A stretch of DNA of 64,000 nucleotides from Candidatus Poribacteria bacterium. GTDB taxonomy: Bacteria > Poribacteria > WGA-4E > WGA-3G. Each line of letters opens with the position of its first letter. Within the stretch, counting starts at the first letter, position 1. The stretch is taken from assembly GCA_965208735.1 (NCBI GenBank), contig CBDBPM010000002.1, positions 733,145 through 797,144 on the forward strand, written 5' to 3'. Positions 46,947-56,608 of the stretch are shown here, one piece after another. The notes beneath the pieces were generated by a model. The model searched no databases, was not told the DNA's origin, and saw only the letters and a list, made by a program, of their open reading frames with translations. The translations under genes were made by a program, and so were the position numbers.

Positions 46947-47924
46947 TTATTTTGATTCTCGAAATAGAAGCATCTGAACAGATTCCTGGTTGATTGGATT
47001 TAAGGTGTCTCCCTTTTCGGAAATGTAGGTGCTGATGCAACGTGCAATGTACTCTGCCTGTTTCACGGGTACAGCATTCCCAATCATCTGCTCCAAATTG
47101 GTTTTCGATCCAGTGAAACGAAAGCCTTTTGGAAAGGTCTGGAGATAACTTCGTTCTAAAGTTGTGAGCGGACGCACTTTTTCTGAAATTGGAGCAGTAT
47201 CCTTTGGATGTATTTTATACGTTTTGGGAATTGGACGGTTAACCCCTCTCACTGTTGGACTTGGTTCATCAATGCTAAAGACTGCACGGCGACTATAATT
47301 GCGTGGATGTCGATAATAGTGGGCAACGTCGAGACTATCCCCCAAGTAATCACGCACACTCATCGGTTTGGTAGTCAGATTGTTATCCAGATAACTCGCG
47401 AGAGATCTGCTATCCACAGAGATAGATAGTCCCAATTCACCAACAAGAAAAAGCCGTTTCCGTCTTTGTGGAACACCACACTGATTTGCGTCTAAAATTC
47501 GCTGTGTTAGTGAATATCCTGCGCTTCTTAAAATTTCACCAGCACTACGATATCGCTGACTTTTCACAGTTCTATCCACATTTTCCATGACAAACCACTT
47601 CGGTTTTGTCTGTGCGACAATCTGTGCGAAACTCACGGTCAGATCCGCTCTTCCTAAATTTTCGTCCCGTTTACCGGCATGCGAAAAATCTTGACACGGA
47701 GGTCCACCAATAATCATATCAAATTGATATGCGTTTAATATTTCTAAACTTTCTTGCCAATTGCCGAGATCTATTTTGTGTATGCTATGCCCAAAATTAG
47801 CACGATAGACATCAATAGCCGGTTCCCAATTATCAAAAGCGGCTACTGCTTCAAAGCCAGCATTTTGGAATCCGAGTGTCATACCACCACACCCGGCAAA
47901 GAGATCAATGAATTTCATAGACAT
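46947..47924 (-). CDS. dcm: DNA (cytosine-5)-methyltransferase
   Basis: 325 aa. Motif I is FIDLFAGCGGMTLGF and motif IV is GGPPCQDFSHAGKR (the PCQ catalytic Cys). The ENV motif is present. Confidence 0.85.
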   Translation of the reverse strand: MSMKFIDLFAGCGGMTLGFQNAGFEAVAAFDNWEPAIDVYRANFGHSIHKIDLGNWQESLEILNAYQFDMIIGGPPCQDFSHAGKRDENLGRADLTVSFAQIVAQTKPKWFVMENVDRTVKSQRYRSAGEILRSAGYSLTQRILDANQCGVPQRRKRLFLVGELGLSISVDSRSLASYLDNNLTTKPMSVRDYLGDSLDVAHYYRHPRNYSRRAVFSIDEPSPTVRGVNRPIPKTYKIHPKDTAPISEKVRPLTTLERSYLQTFPKGFRFTGSKTNLEQMIGNAVPVKQAEYIARCISTYISEKGDTLNPINQESVQMLLFRESK

Positions 47925-47939
47925 TTGTGTTTTTACCTT

Positions 47940-49025
47940 TTACATGAAAAGTTCAGGAGAATTAGCCAGAATCGCATCAAATCGTCTTTCTGGACTAAGC
48001 ATCTTTTCGCCCTGCCCTAAGATAATGTTTTTGATTTCAGTTTTTTTGATTCTTGGATGTGTGAGTTCTACACAGGACATATAACGATGAGTCTTTCTTC
48101 CACTCAAGGCAAAGGCTTTGTCTGTTTGTCTCGTAAATCCAACACTAACGGTCTGTGGGTCAATTTTTCCATCTGTGGCAAAGTCAGAAAGCATTTTCAT
48201 GACCCACAAAACTGACCGTTTTGCTCGTGAGAATTCTTTAGAACGCCCTTGCTCAACTGTATCTAATAGCAGCTTCGCAAAAGCGAACGTACTCCAGACA
48301 AAAACATCCAAACAATTTTCATGAAGTTGAGCAGATTTCCCAACAGTCTTCCAAATAGGCTGTATCACTAATGGAATCTGATTGTCCATTTCCGCGACTA
48401 ACAAATGCTTGATAATTTGGATAATATCGGGTATTCTTTCCAACATGCTATTTTCCGAACGCCAGTCAAAGTTACTTTGAAAAATCGGGCGTAGAGCCTC
48501 AGAAAGTTCGTTTTGACGTTCAGCGTACCGCTTAGCAATTTCGAGTGTTAAATGGATAATCGTATTCGGACGCACTACAAGTTCACAACTGTACTCTTCT
48601 TCAGGAAAGTTGCAAGTCGAATTATCAGGCAAAGCCGTTAACTTAATCTCTAACGCCCGTAACCAAGGATTTTCAGAGTCAGAATTATCCATTACCACTA
48701 AATCAATACGAGGTAAAGTTCCTTTGACAAATTGCTGATTTTGTCCATAAGTATACTCAAAAGCAAAGTAAATATCTTCAGAGTCATACGCATGTCCAAA
48801 TATAGAGTTTACATCAATCTTCTCAGGAACGATATTCCAATTCTGACCTAAAGCCAAGTAAACAGGAGCGATATTTTGGCTTTGCATATAACATAATAAG
48901 GCGATAGGGAAACAGTTATTAAAGCTGTTCTTTCCCCATGCTTTTGCTTGACTGAAGTCTTTGTTTGTGTTCGATTGGTTCAACCCAAACAAAGCAGGCG
49001 TATTACTTGTTGATGTGAATTTCAT
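47940..49025 (-). CDS. Putative Type II restriction endonuclease (PD-(D/E)xK) partnered with the C5-MTase
   Basis: 361 aa. It lies immediately upstream of the MTase and is co-directional with it (15-nt gap). The candidate catalytic motif is PRIDLVVMD..LRALEIKL (D...E-x-K). No other family match is visible by eye. Confidence 0.5.
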   Translation of the reverse strand: MKFTSTSNTPALFGLNQSNTNKDFSQAKAWGKNSFNNCFPIALLCYMQSQNIAPVYLALGQNWNIVPEKIDVNSIFGHAYDSEDIYFAFEYTYGQNQQFVKGTLPRIDLVVMDNSDSENPWLRALEIKLTALPDNSTCNFPEEEYSCELVVRPNTIIHLTLEIAKRYAERQNELSEALRPIFQSNFDWRSENSMLERIPDIIQIIKHLLVAEMDNQIPLVIQPIWKTVGKSAQLHENCLDVFVWSTFAFAKLLLDTVEQGRSKEFSRAKRSVLWVMKMLSDFATDGKIDPQTVSVGFTRQTDKAFALSGRKTHRYMSCVELTHPRIKKTEIKNIILGQGEKMLSPERRFDAILANSPELFM

Positions 49026-49085
49026 CGAAACTGTCCTTCCAGATATCTCAATTCCTGACAGACTAAACGCATCTGCTATATCAGA

Positions 49086-49790
49086 TCATCCATTATCAGA
49101 ATCTCTCCTATAAGTCTTTGATTTTGCGTGGCGGGATTTGCTTCTTAAACTCCATACACTGCCAATAAAATTGCTGTCAATAAGTTGTTTAAAAATTCCA
49201 TGGCGTGCCGATGGTTTGATTTCAAACCTATCTGTTTCGGATGAAAACGGATAAATGTCGGCTTCACCCGCCAGCACAGCGAAAAATTTACCGCGGTTAT
49301 TCGGAAGAAAAATGGGGCCTTCCCATTCCAAATATTCAACTACTGGTGGTGTGCTCGGGATAGACATTCTCGCGTCAAGGAGAACTTCCCTCCTGTCCTG
49401 TAGTTTGATAGAAGCAGGAAGTTTGTTTTCGAGTCGGATGTCACCTTGAAAATATGGGGTCCGAAAGAATACCCTTTCCGAGAAAGCCAAGAGTCTGGAC
49501 GAGTTAAATGCGTATGGCAAATAGTAGCCGTCCAGACTCGCTCCGTTTTCATCAAGGCAAACGCCAACAGCGATAACAAACTCCCTAAACTTGAATCCCC
49601 TCCACTTCGTATCTATCGCACTGAGTAGGAGAATTGCCTTATCCGCTTCGTGGTATGGGAAAAGACCCTCCTCGCGTAATACGGCTTCCCAGAACGATAA
49701 ATCCGCTGTGCCGTGGAGGGTTACCTCTTTGACATTATAAAGATCCGCGACGTATTGGATAGAGGTGTTTGCAACTGTACTTTTAGGCAT
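49086..49790 (-). CDS. Hypothetical protein
   Basis: The start ATG at 49790 overlaps the GH32 stop by 8 nt (MPKSTVANTS...). 234 aa. No recognisable motif. Confidence 0.4.
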   Translation of the reverse strand: MPKSTVANTSIQYVADLYNVKEVTLHGTADLSFWEAVLREEGLFPYHEADKAILLLSAIDTKWRGFKFREFVIAVGVCLDENGASLDGYYLPYAFNSSRLLAFSERVFFRTPYFQGDIRLENKLPASIKLQDRREVLLDARMSIPSTPPVVEYLEWEGPIFLPNNRGKFFAVLAGEADIYPFSSETDRFEIKPSARHGIFKQLIDSNFIGSVWSLRSKSRHAKSKTYRRDSDNG

Positions 49791-51342
49791 AGATGTCCTG
49801 CATCTGCCAAGCATCTAAGGATTTGAGTTCACAGGATTGTCCTTGTGAGCGCAACGACACACCGACACTCTCCGCTTTGTCAGGATAGACCCGCATCGCC
49901 ACACACTGCTTCCCGTTAGCGAAGACCTCTACCACACTCTTGTCAACGAATACGCGTAATTTGAGGGTTTCGCCTTGTGCAACAGAGATCGCTCCAGTTT
50001 CAGGGGCGCGTGAAAGGACATCCGGGGCAACTGACGCATACGACGAATCAATCGTTAGCAGGCTATCGCGCACGTTAACATCGGAATTTAGGTTGCGCAT
50101 GCCGCGTTCTCTAAAGAACGCAATGCGGGTGAATTCCTCTTTCTGCGGTGAACGGAGCACATTCAATTCAACCATCGGTGCGGACTTCGTATCGATTTCG
50201 AGTTCAAGCTCCATCGCATTGCCATTTATGCCTTCCAGTACAACCTCTTCGTTCGCGGGGAGTGTCATCGCATTGACATGCTGATGTTCATACCGCAACG
50301 ATTCAATATCACCAGCAGGCTCAATTCCGATCTCATCTCTGGAAAGGAGCGTCAAGCGGCGCGGCAATGTCATGATCTGATTCCAACCCTTAGTAGGTTT
50401 CGCCGGGTTCATATTATAGATAACGATCAGTCCACCGTTGCCATCAGGTGTTGCAGAAGGCGCGTGGACACCCGCAGGCGACGCAGCCCCGAAATTGTTT
50501 TTCGCACCCGCCGTCACGACGAACTTGTCGCGTTCAGTGTCATAATCACCAAGTAGATACTGTCCACCGCTCATGTGACTGAAGAAAAGGAGCATGTGCC
50601 TGTCGCCGATGGGCCAGAAATACGGACACGCACCATCGTCGCCGACCAATGTGAACATATCGTCTTCAACGAACGGGTGTAGATAGACCCAATTCGCTAA
50701 ATCCGCTGAACGGAGCAGAAAGTTGGCGCGAATTGGCTTACCGCCGGGACCGTGCGGGAGTGTGCCACCGGAAAGCGAATAATACATATCGTCTTTCTTC
50801 CAGATACACGGATCAAAGACGCGGTAGACCGGGGTCGTACCGTCGGCGTGCTGCGACGGGATGACCGCTTTGCCGGACACCTTCTCCCAATTCAGGAGCA
50901 ACGGATCACTCGACACTGCCACCATATTGCCGACAACCGTGCCATGATACATCGCTATCACACGGTCTTCTTCTACAAGCGTTGCACCGGAAAAACAGCA
51001 TCTTTCCGGATTCGGGTAAATTGCATACGGCAAATCGCGCCAATGGATGAGGTCATCACTGATTGCGTGCCCCCAATGCTGTCGTGTATCTTCAGGTGGA
51101 TACGCCTGATAAAAAAGATGCCAGCGTCCCTGCCAGAAACAGAGACCATTCGGATCATTAAGCATCGCTTCGGGGTTTATATAGTGATAAATCGGACGGT
51201 GCGGATCGCTTTCATACGTTTTCCGATAAGCGTTAAGCCGTTGCATCAGCGGATTCGTTTCTAACTCTGCCTCTTGCGCTTCCAGCGTTTCCGCAAACGT
51301 GTAGTACGGCACACGCGAGGTATAATCTTCGTTTGCCATCAT
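49783..51342 (-). CDS. Glycoside hydrolase family 32 (beta-fructofuranosidase / levanase-like)
   Basis: 519 aa. The GH32 blocks MLNDPNGLCFWQGRWHLFYQ, WGHAISDDLIHW and the RDP/EC-region equivalents are present, and a beta-sandwich C-domain follows. Confidence 0.75.
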   Translation of the reverse strand: MMANEDYTSRVPYYTFAETLEAQEAELETNPLMQRLNAYRKTYESDPHRPIYHYINPEAMLNDPNGLCFWQGRWHLFYQAYPPEDTRQHWGHAISDDLIHWRDLPYAIYPNPERCCFSGATLVEEDRVIAMYHGTVVGNMVAVSSDPLLLNWEKVSGKAVIPSQHADGTTPVYRVFDPCIWKKDDMYYSLSGGTLPHGPGGKPIRANFLLRSADLANWVYLHPFVEDDMFTLVGDDGACPYFWPIGDRHMLLFFSHMSGGQYLLGDYDTERDKFVVTAGAKNNFGAASPAGVHAPSATPDGNGGLIVIYNMNPAKPTKGWNQIMTLPRRLTLLSRDEIGIEPAGDIESLRYEHQHVNAMTLPANEEVVLEGINGNAMELELEIDTKSAPMVELNVLRSPQKEEFTRIAFFRERGMRNLNSDVNVRDSLLTIDSSYASVAPDVLSRAPETGAISVAQGETLKLRVFVDKSVVEVFANGKQCVAMRVYPDKAESVGVSLRSQGQSCELKSLDAWQMQDIYA

Positions 51343-51533
51343 TTCTCCTCTGCTACGTAATCTCTATGAAATTTTCGTGGTTTCAGCATAGCATAGAAGC
51401 GATCACCTGTCCAGAAAATTTTCTGCTAACATTTTTGAATTGACACGATTTTTAAGGCATGCTATAATGCACAAATCTTTTTTCAGTCAAAAGTCAATAT
51501 ACGATATTGTTATCCTCGAAGGAGCGCGGAGTG

Positions 51534-52532
51534 ATGAATAAAACTGAGAAACAACCCACCAAAAAAGCGGAGATGCACGTCGGTGTTCAAGGTATCGGGA
51601 CATCTTCCAAAGAGTTGGCATTCCTCGTTCGCCACGGGGTAACACACATGGACGCTTCCGCTAAAGACACTGAAACCGAAACATTAATTCGGCATAAAGA
51701 AGAGGCAGCGGAAGCGGGTGTTAGCCTTGAGATGATTCATATCGGGCTTCCGAGGAGCATCACGCTTGCGCAAGATCCGCAGCGCGACAGAGATCTTGAC
51801 GCTGTTTGCAAAATGATTGAGAATGCCGCTGCCGCAGGGTTACGAGGTTTGAATTATAACTTCTGCATCCTGAACCATCAGCGAACCGAGAGCACACCTG
51901 GGCGCGGGGGCTCAAACTACAGTACCTTCGACTTTTCCAAGTATGATAACGAAACGCTTTCAGAGGCGGGTGAGGTGAGTCGTGAAGAGGCGTTTGATCG
52001 GCTTGCATACTTTCTCGAACGGGTAATTCCCGTCGCGGAAGAAAACAAGGTCCAGATGGCGTGTCACCCGAACGATCCGCCCGCGCCTATTTTAAGAGGC
52101 GTTGAGCGGTGGAATTACCCTATCTTTGACGGCTTGAAACGCTTCGCCGAGATCGCAGAGAGCCCGTATCACGGCTTTAACTTCTGCTGCGGCACAGTAT
52201 CAGAAGGTTTAGAAGATCCGAGTACCGAATTCTATGAGATTCTTGAATATTTCGGTGAGCGAAAGAAAATTTTCAACATCCACTTCCGTAACATTCGCGG
52301 TGGATTGCACAACTTCCAAGAGGTCTGGCCCGACGAGGGACACCTCGACATGCACAGAGTCGCGCAAGTTCTCCGAGATGTGGAATATCCGTACATGCTG
52401 ATGCCAGACCATGCGCCGTCACACCCAGATGACGCATCGCCGCCTGGTGTTTCAGGCAGAGTCCGACAGGCATGGGCATTCCAGTTCGGATATATTATCG
52501 CCCTGATTCAGGCGGTAAATTCGGTAGAGTAG
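51534..52532 (+). CDS. uxuA: D-mannonate dehydratase
   Basis: The start is trimmed to ATG 51534 (RBS aaggag). The blocks LRGLNYNFC, IPVAEENKVQMACHPNDPPAPILRGVER, HFRNIRGGLHNFQEV and MPDHAP match the conserved UxuA blocks ([38 protein letters not shown], RPDHG). Confidence 0.75.
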   Translation: MNKTEKQPTKKAEMHVGVQGIGTSSKELAFLVRHGVTHMDASAKDTETETLIRHKEEAAEAGVSLEMIHIGLPRSITLAQDPQRDRDLDAVCKMIENAAAAGLRGLNYNFCILNHQRTESTPGRGGSNYSTFDFSKYDNETLSEAGEVSREEAFDRLAYFLERVIPVAEENKVQMACHPNDPPAPILRGVERWNYPIFDGLKRFAEIAESPYHGFNFCCGTVSEGLEDPSTEFYEILEYFGERKKIFNIHFRNIRGGLHNFQEVWPDEGHLDMHRVAQVLRDVEYPYMLMPDHAPSHPDDASPPGVSGRVRQAWAFQFGYIIALIQAVNSVE

Positions 52533-52610
52533 GTTAGTTTGGTTTCAATTAGAACAACACACTACACCAAAACGTATTTTAATGGTAAATTCAACCTTTG
52601 GGAGGTAAAA

Positions 52611-53399
52611 ATGAAATCCATTATAACTCGATTAGCGATCATCACTATCAGTCTGAGTCTGATCTTCACAGTACATACTTATGCGGAGATCGATTTTAGC
52701 ACCGCAAGAGGCATTTGGCTACTTGACGAAGGTGACGGCACTGTTATCAACGATATGTCTGGAAACCAGAATCACGGTGAACTTCAGGGCGGAGAATGGG
52801 TTGACGGACCGGACGGACCCGCCCTCAGTCTAAACGGGCAAGATGACCGCGTTATCATCGCAGACTCCGATACTATGTATCTCGAAGAGGCATGGACGAT
52901 CACTGCTTGGGCTTTTGTGAATACAACCGAGAACGGTTTTGGACATATTCTCGGCAAAAGACCCGCATCTGGAACCGTAGCCAATTACGCATTCAGAACA
53001 AGCGGCGCTGGTACCGGCTGGGAGGCTTACTTCGCACGAGACGGTTGGAAAGGGGCTTGGAATCAAGGAACCGTAAAGAAAGGTGAATGGTTGTATATGA
53101 CCGCAACTTATGACGCAAAGGATACCATTAAGATCTACGAAAATGGAGTCGAAATCGGGTCTGTTGGCGGGATGGGTAAACCGGGACCTCAGAATGACAC
53201 TGAGGTCAACATCGGCGGCTGGACCAATAACACCTCAGAGACACTTGACGGTATGCTCTATGAGGTCGCAATCTTTGCTTCCGTACTGGAAGAAGACGAT
53301 ATAAACGATCTGATGGAGAAGGGACTCGTAACGCTAATGCCCGTTGAGCCTTCTGACAAACTTGCCACTACATGGGCAAGTATCAAATCTCGGCAATAG
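52611..53399 (+). CDS. Secreted LamG/concanavalin-A-like protein with conserved C-terminal KLATTWASIK tail
   Basis: The start is trimmed to ATG 52611 (RBS gggagg). The signal peptide is MKSIITRLAIITISLSLIFTVHTYA. LamG-like blocks are present (LSLNGQDDRVIIAD, WLYMTATYDAKDTIKIYENGVEIG). The C-terminus is VEPSDKLATTWASIKSRQ. Confidence 0.6.
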   Translation: MKSIITRLAIITISLSLIFTVHTYAEIDFSTARGIWLLDEGDGTVINDMSGNQNHGELQGGEWVDGPDGPALSLNGQDDRVIIADSDTMYLEEAWTITAWAFVNTTENGFGHILGKRPASGTVANYAFRTSGAGTGWEAYFARDGWKGAWNQGTVKKGEWLYMTATYDAKDTIKIYENGVEIGSVGGMGKPGPQNDTEVNIGGWTNNTSETLDGMLYEVAIFASVLEEDDINDLMEKGLVTLMPVEPSDKLATTWASIKSRQ

Positions 53400-53606
53400 A
53401 TTCGGCAAATCAAGTGCAGCTGGTGTGTTAACTGAACGACTGGCTGCACACATTTGATAGTTGCTTTTCTGTCAATCGTCAGAACTCCAGACTTCGCCAA
53501 TCGGCGCGCCAGTCGGTGTCCCCGCTGCATGGTGTGAATTCGTGAATTGAAAAACTAACACTATATTACCACACGCCTCGCGCGACAATATATTTATGGA
53601 AAAACT

Positions 53607-54884
53607 ATGACACAACTGCCTAACGTCCTCCTTATCCTCGCTGACGACCACGGTTATGGCGATATTTCGGCACACAACGGTCCCTCAATCCAGACACCAA
53701 ACATTGACAGAATTGCTGAACAGGGAACACGGTTCACCAGATTTTACGCGAACTCCTCTGTCTGTTCGCCAAGCCGTGCATCTCTCATGACCGGACGCTA
53801 TCCCGATAGAGCCGGGGTGCCGGGTGTGATTCGCACGCATCCAGAAAACAGTTGGGGGTACCTTCGACAGGATGCCGTCACGCTCCCTTCAGCCTTGAAA
53901 CAGAAAGACTATCGTACTGCACTCATAGGTAAGTGGCACCTTGGACTCGAACCGGAGAATCACCCTTGCAAACGCGGGTTTGACCATTTTCACGGTTTCC
54001 TCGGCGATATGATGGACGACTATTACACACACCGCAGACACGATATAAACTACATGCAGCACGGTTTTGATACCATTGATCCGAGGGGACACGCCACAGA
54101 TCTCTTTACAGAATGGAGCATGGACTTCATTCGCGCACAAGCACAGTCGTTTGAACCTTTTTTCCTCTATCTCGCCTACAACGCGCCCCATACGCCAATC
54201 CAACCGCCTGATGAATGGATCGCGCGAGTCCAAGAACGCGAACCCGATATTTCACCACAACGCGCAAAATACATCGCGCTCGTCGAGCACATGGACGCTG
54301 GTATTGGACGCGTACTTGATACGCTTGAGGACACCGATCAACTGTCCAATACGCTCGTTATCTACACATCTGACAACGGCGGTGCAGTGAATGTCGGGGC
54401 TCACAACGGTCCGCTACGCGGGCAAAAAGGGCAGATGTACGAAGGCGGCATCCGAGTCCCTACCTGCGCGATGTGGCCTGGATACATCCAAAACGGATAT
54501 GTTACAGATCAAGTGGCGTTGCTCATGGACCTGTTCCCGACAATATGTGAAGTGGCTGGCGCATCAATTCCCGAAGGCATCGAAGGACGCTCAATTTGGC
54601 AGAGGCTTCAAGGCGAACAGCAGGACTTCTCGGAACGTATACTCTATTGGTTGCGGAGAGAAGGGGGGCAACAGTTTCTCGGACAGTGCCAACATGCCAT
54701 CCGACGTGGAGACACCAAATTGTTGCACAACAGCCCCTTTGAACCCTTGGAACTCTACAATCTGTCAAACGATCCATTGGAAACGACGGACAACGCGCAG
54801 ACAGAGTCGGCACTCTTCAGAGAAATGCGCCAACTATTTCAAGCAGAAACACAGAAGGCTGGAAGTGTGCCTTGGCAACGATGA
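53607..54884 (+). CDS. Sulfatase (formylglycine-dependent arylsulfatase family)
   Basis: 425 aa. The N-terminus NVLLILADDHGYGD, the FGly motif CSPSRASLMTGRY, and GKWHLG are all present. Confidence 0.85.
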   Translation: MTQLPNVLLILADDHGYGDISAHNGPSIQTPNIDRIAEQGTRFTRFYANSSVCSPSRASLMTGRYPDRAGVPGVIRTHPENSWGYLRQDAVTLPSALKQKDYRTALIGKWHLGLEPENHPCKRGFDHFHGFLGDMMDDYYTHRRHDINYMQHGFDTIDPRGHATDLFTEWSMDFIRAQAQSFEPFFLYLAYNAPHTPIQPPDEWIARVQEREPDISPQRAKYIALVEHMDAGIGRVLDTLEDTDQLSNTLVIYTSDNGGAVNVGAHNGPLRGQKGQMYEGGIRVPTCAMWPGYIQNGYVTDQVALLMDLFPTICEVAGASIPEGIEGRSIWQRLQGEQQDFSERILYWLRREGGQQFLGQCQHAIRRGDTKLLHNSPFEPLELYNLSNDPLETTDNAQTESALFREMRQLFQAETQKAGSVPWQR

Positions 54885-55000
54885 CCCTAATCAATTCCTT
54901 TGCCCAATCCTATAGAGTTAGTTCTCATTGGCAAGGTTTCAACCGCGTCCATCCTTGAAGATATATGGATTTCAAACCGCTTGAGCAATAGCATCAATAT

Positions 55001-55945
55001 ATGTTATACTTAAGCACAATATCTGAGACAAAATTAGGGGATATTATTTTGAAACAACAAAACGGACCTGATGTATTAGAACCTGACGACACTTTTAGCA
55101 CGCGCATCAATCCCCAGAGAGAAAATAACGACGATACTATTAAACCAGTGCAACACGGCTATACCACCCTCCACGATGCAGCGCGAGACAATGCTCATGA
55201 AGCAGTGGCAGCGTTGGTAGAAAACGGAGCAGATGTCAACGCAAAAGACCGATATGGCTATCCACCTTTGCACTGGGCAGCATGGCACAATGCTTATGAA
55301 GCAGCATCAGTGTTAGTCGAAAATGGGGCAGATGTCAACGCAACAAATGATAAGAATTTTACCCCCTTACACTGGGCAGCATGGAATAATGGACACGAAA
55401 CAGCAGCGGTGTTGATGAACAGTGAAGCAGATGTTAACGCGAGAAACGAAGATGGGGATACACCACTGCACTGGGCAGTATGGCGCAATGTCTACGAGGC
55501 TGAGGCAGTATCGCTCGAAAGCAACGTAAATATCAACCCAAGGGACAAATCTGGTTATACCCTTCTACACTGGGCAGCATGGCGCAACGCTTATAAAACA
55601 GCGGAAATCCTAATCGAAAATGGTGCTGATACGAACGCAGCAAATAACAAAGGATTCACACCGCTGCACATCGCAGCAGAGGACGATACCTCCGAAGTCG
55701 CGACAGTATTGTTAAAAAATAGTGCAAAGGTCAACGTAAAGGACAAAAACGGCGATACACCCCTGCACATCGCAGCAGCATACAATGCATACGAAACAGC
55801 AGGAATCCTACTTGAAAACGGTGCAGATACCGCCGCAGTGAACGACAACGATCATACGCCTTTACATATTGCAGCAGAAAAGAAAGCACACGAAACAGTC
55901 AAAGTACTCTGCGACCACCGAGAGCGAAAGGGATGGTCATGGTAA
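55001..55945 (+). CDS. Ankyrin-repeat protein (about 8 ANK repeats)
   Basis: 314 aa with repeated TPLHWAAW.N..E.A.VL.ENGADVNA blocks. Confidence 0.8.
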   Translation: MLYLSTISETKLGDIILKQQNGPDVLEPDDTFSTRINPQRENNDDTIKPVQHGYTTLHDAARDNAHEAVAALVENGADVNAKDRYGYPPLHWAAWHNAYEAASVLVENGADVNATNDKNFTPLHWAAWNNGHETAAVLMNSEADVNARNEDGDTPLHWAVWRNVYEAEAVSLESNVNINPRDKSGYTLLHWAAWRNAYKTAEILIENGADTNAANNKGFTPLHIAAEDDTSEVATVLLKNSAKVNVKDKNGDTPLHIAAAYNAYETAGILLENGADTAAVNDNDHTPLHIAAEKKAHETVKVLCDHRERKGWSW

Positions 55946-56204
55946 TTGTCTTTCTATCCAGCAAAAGCACCACACCCTCAGCGTGAAAAAAATTGACCTA
56001 AATGCTGTCAGCAAAAACAGTACCTGTAAGTGAAACCACAGCAGCCTCGCTTATCAGCACCCACTGCCCTTTATAGTATGTCGTTGCGTGCCACCAAACA
56101 TACCTGAAACTGACTCAGCCTCAATACCTTCAGTAAACACATTGCAGCATTCAGAGCCGATAGCTCCAGCGACACCTGAGATCATCTCCGCACCAACACT
56201 TTCA

Positions 56205-56350
56205 TGGGTGGTTCGTAGTAGGGCAATTCTGCGGCGTACTCGCCCAAATTTTGTCCACACGCGGCAAAATTTGTCTTTGCTTTACATTTGCGAAGTGCAT
56301 TATTGCCCGTTCCGACGTGCGATGAATCGCACTACTACGAACCGGGTTTA
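56205..56350. repeat. Copy Y of the 'CTACTACGAA' repeat family, arranged as an inverted repeat (ggttcgtagtag ... ctactacgaacc) around a ~110-nt core rich in internal hairpins
   Basis: The reverse complement of 56208..56248 matches window positions 22..66. 56318..56350 (gtgcgatgaatcgcactactacgaaccgggtttacc) repeats the motif in direct orientation and resembles 61440..61470. It lies inside a 650-bp non-coding region upstream of the GH95 gene. Confidence 0.5.
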
Positions 56351-56608
56351 CCTTTCATTTCAATGTTGACAGACTACTAGTATCCTCGCCCTTGTGTTGG
56401 TGTATAAGTAATTACGGGTTTTACTATAAAATGTGTGATTGCAGAGGAAAATTAGCCATCAACTGTTTTGACAGCGTAATCTTTATCTGATATAATAGTT
56501 CAGCATAAATACCCAATACGTATTATTTTGAGAAATCATTTTAGGGAATTCATATTCTGCACAAAACTTCCATCAGCAGATTCAAACTATTAAAGGGATT
56601 TATTGATA

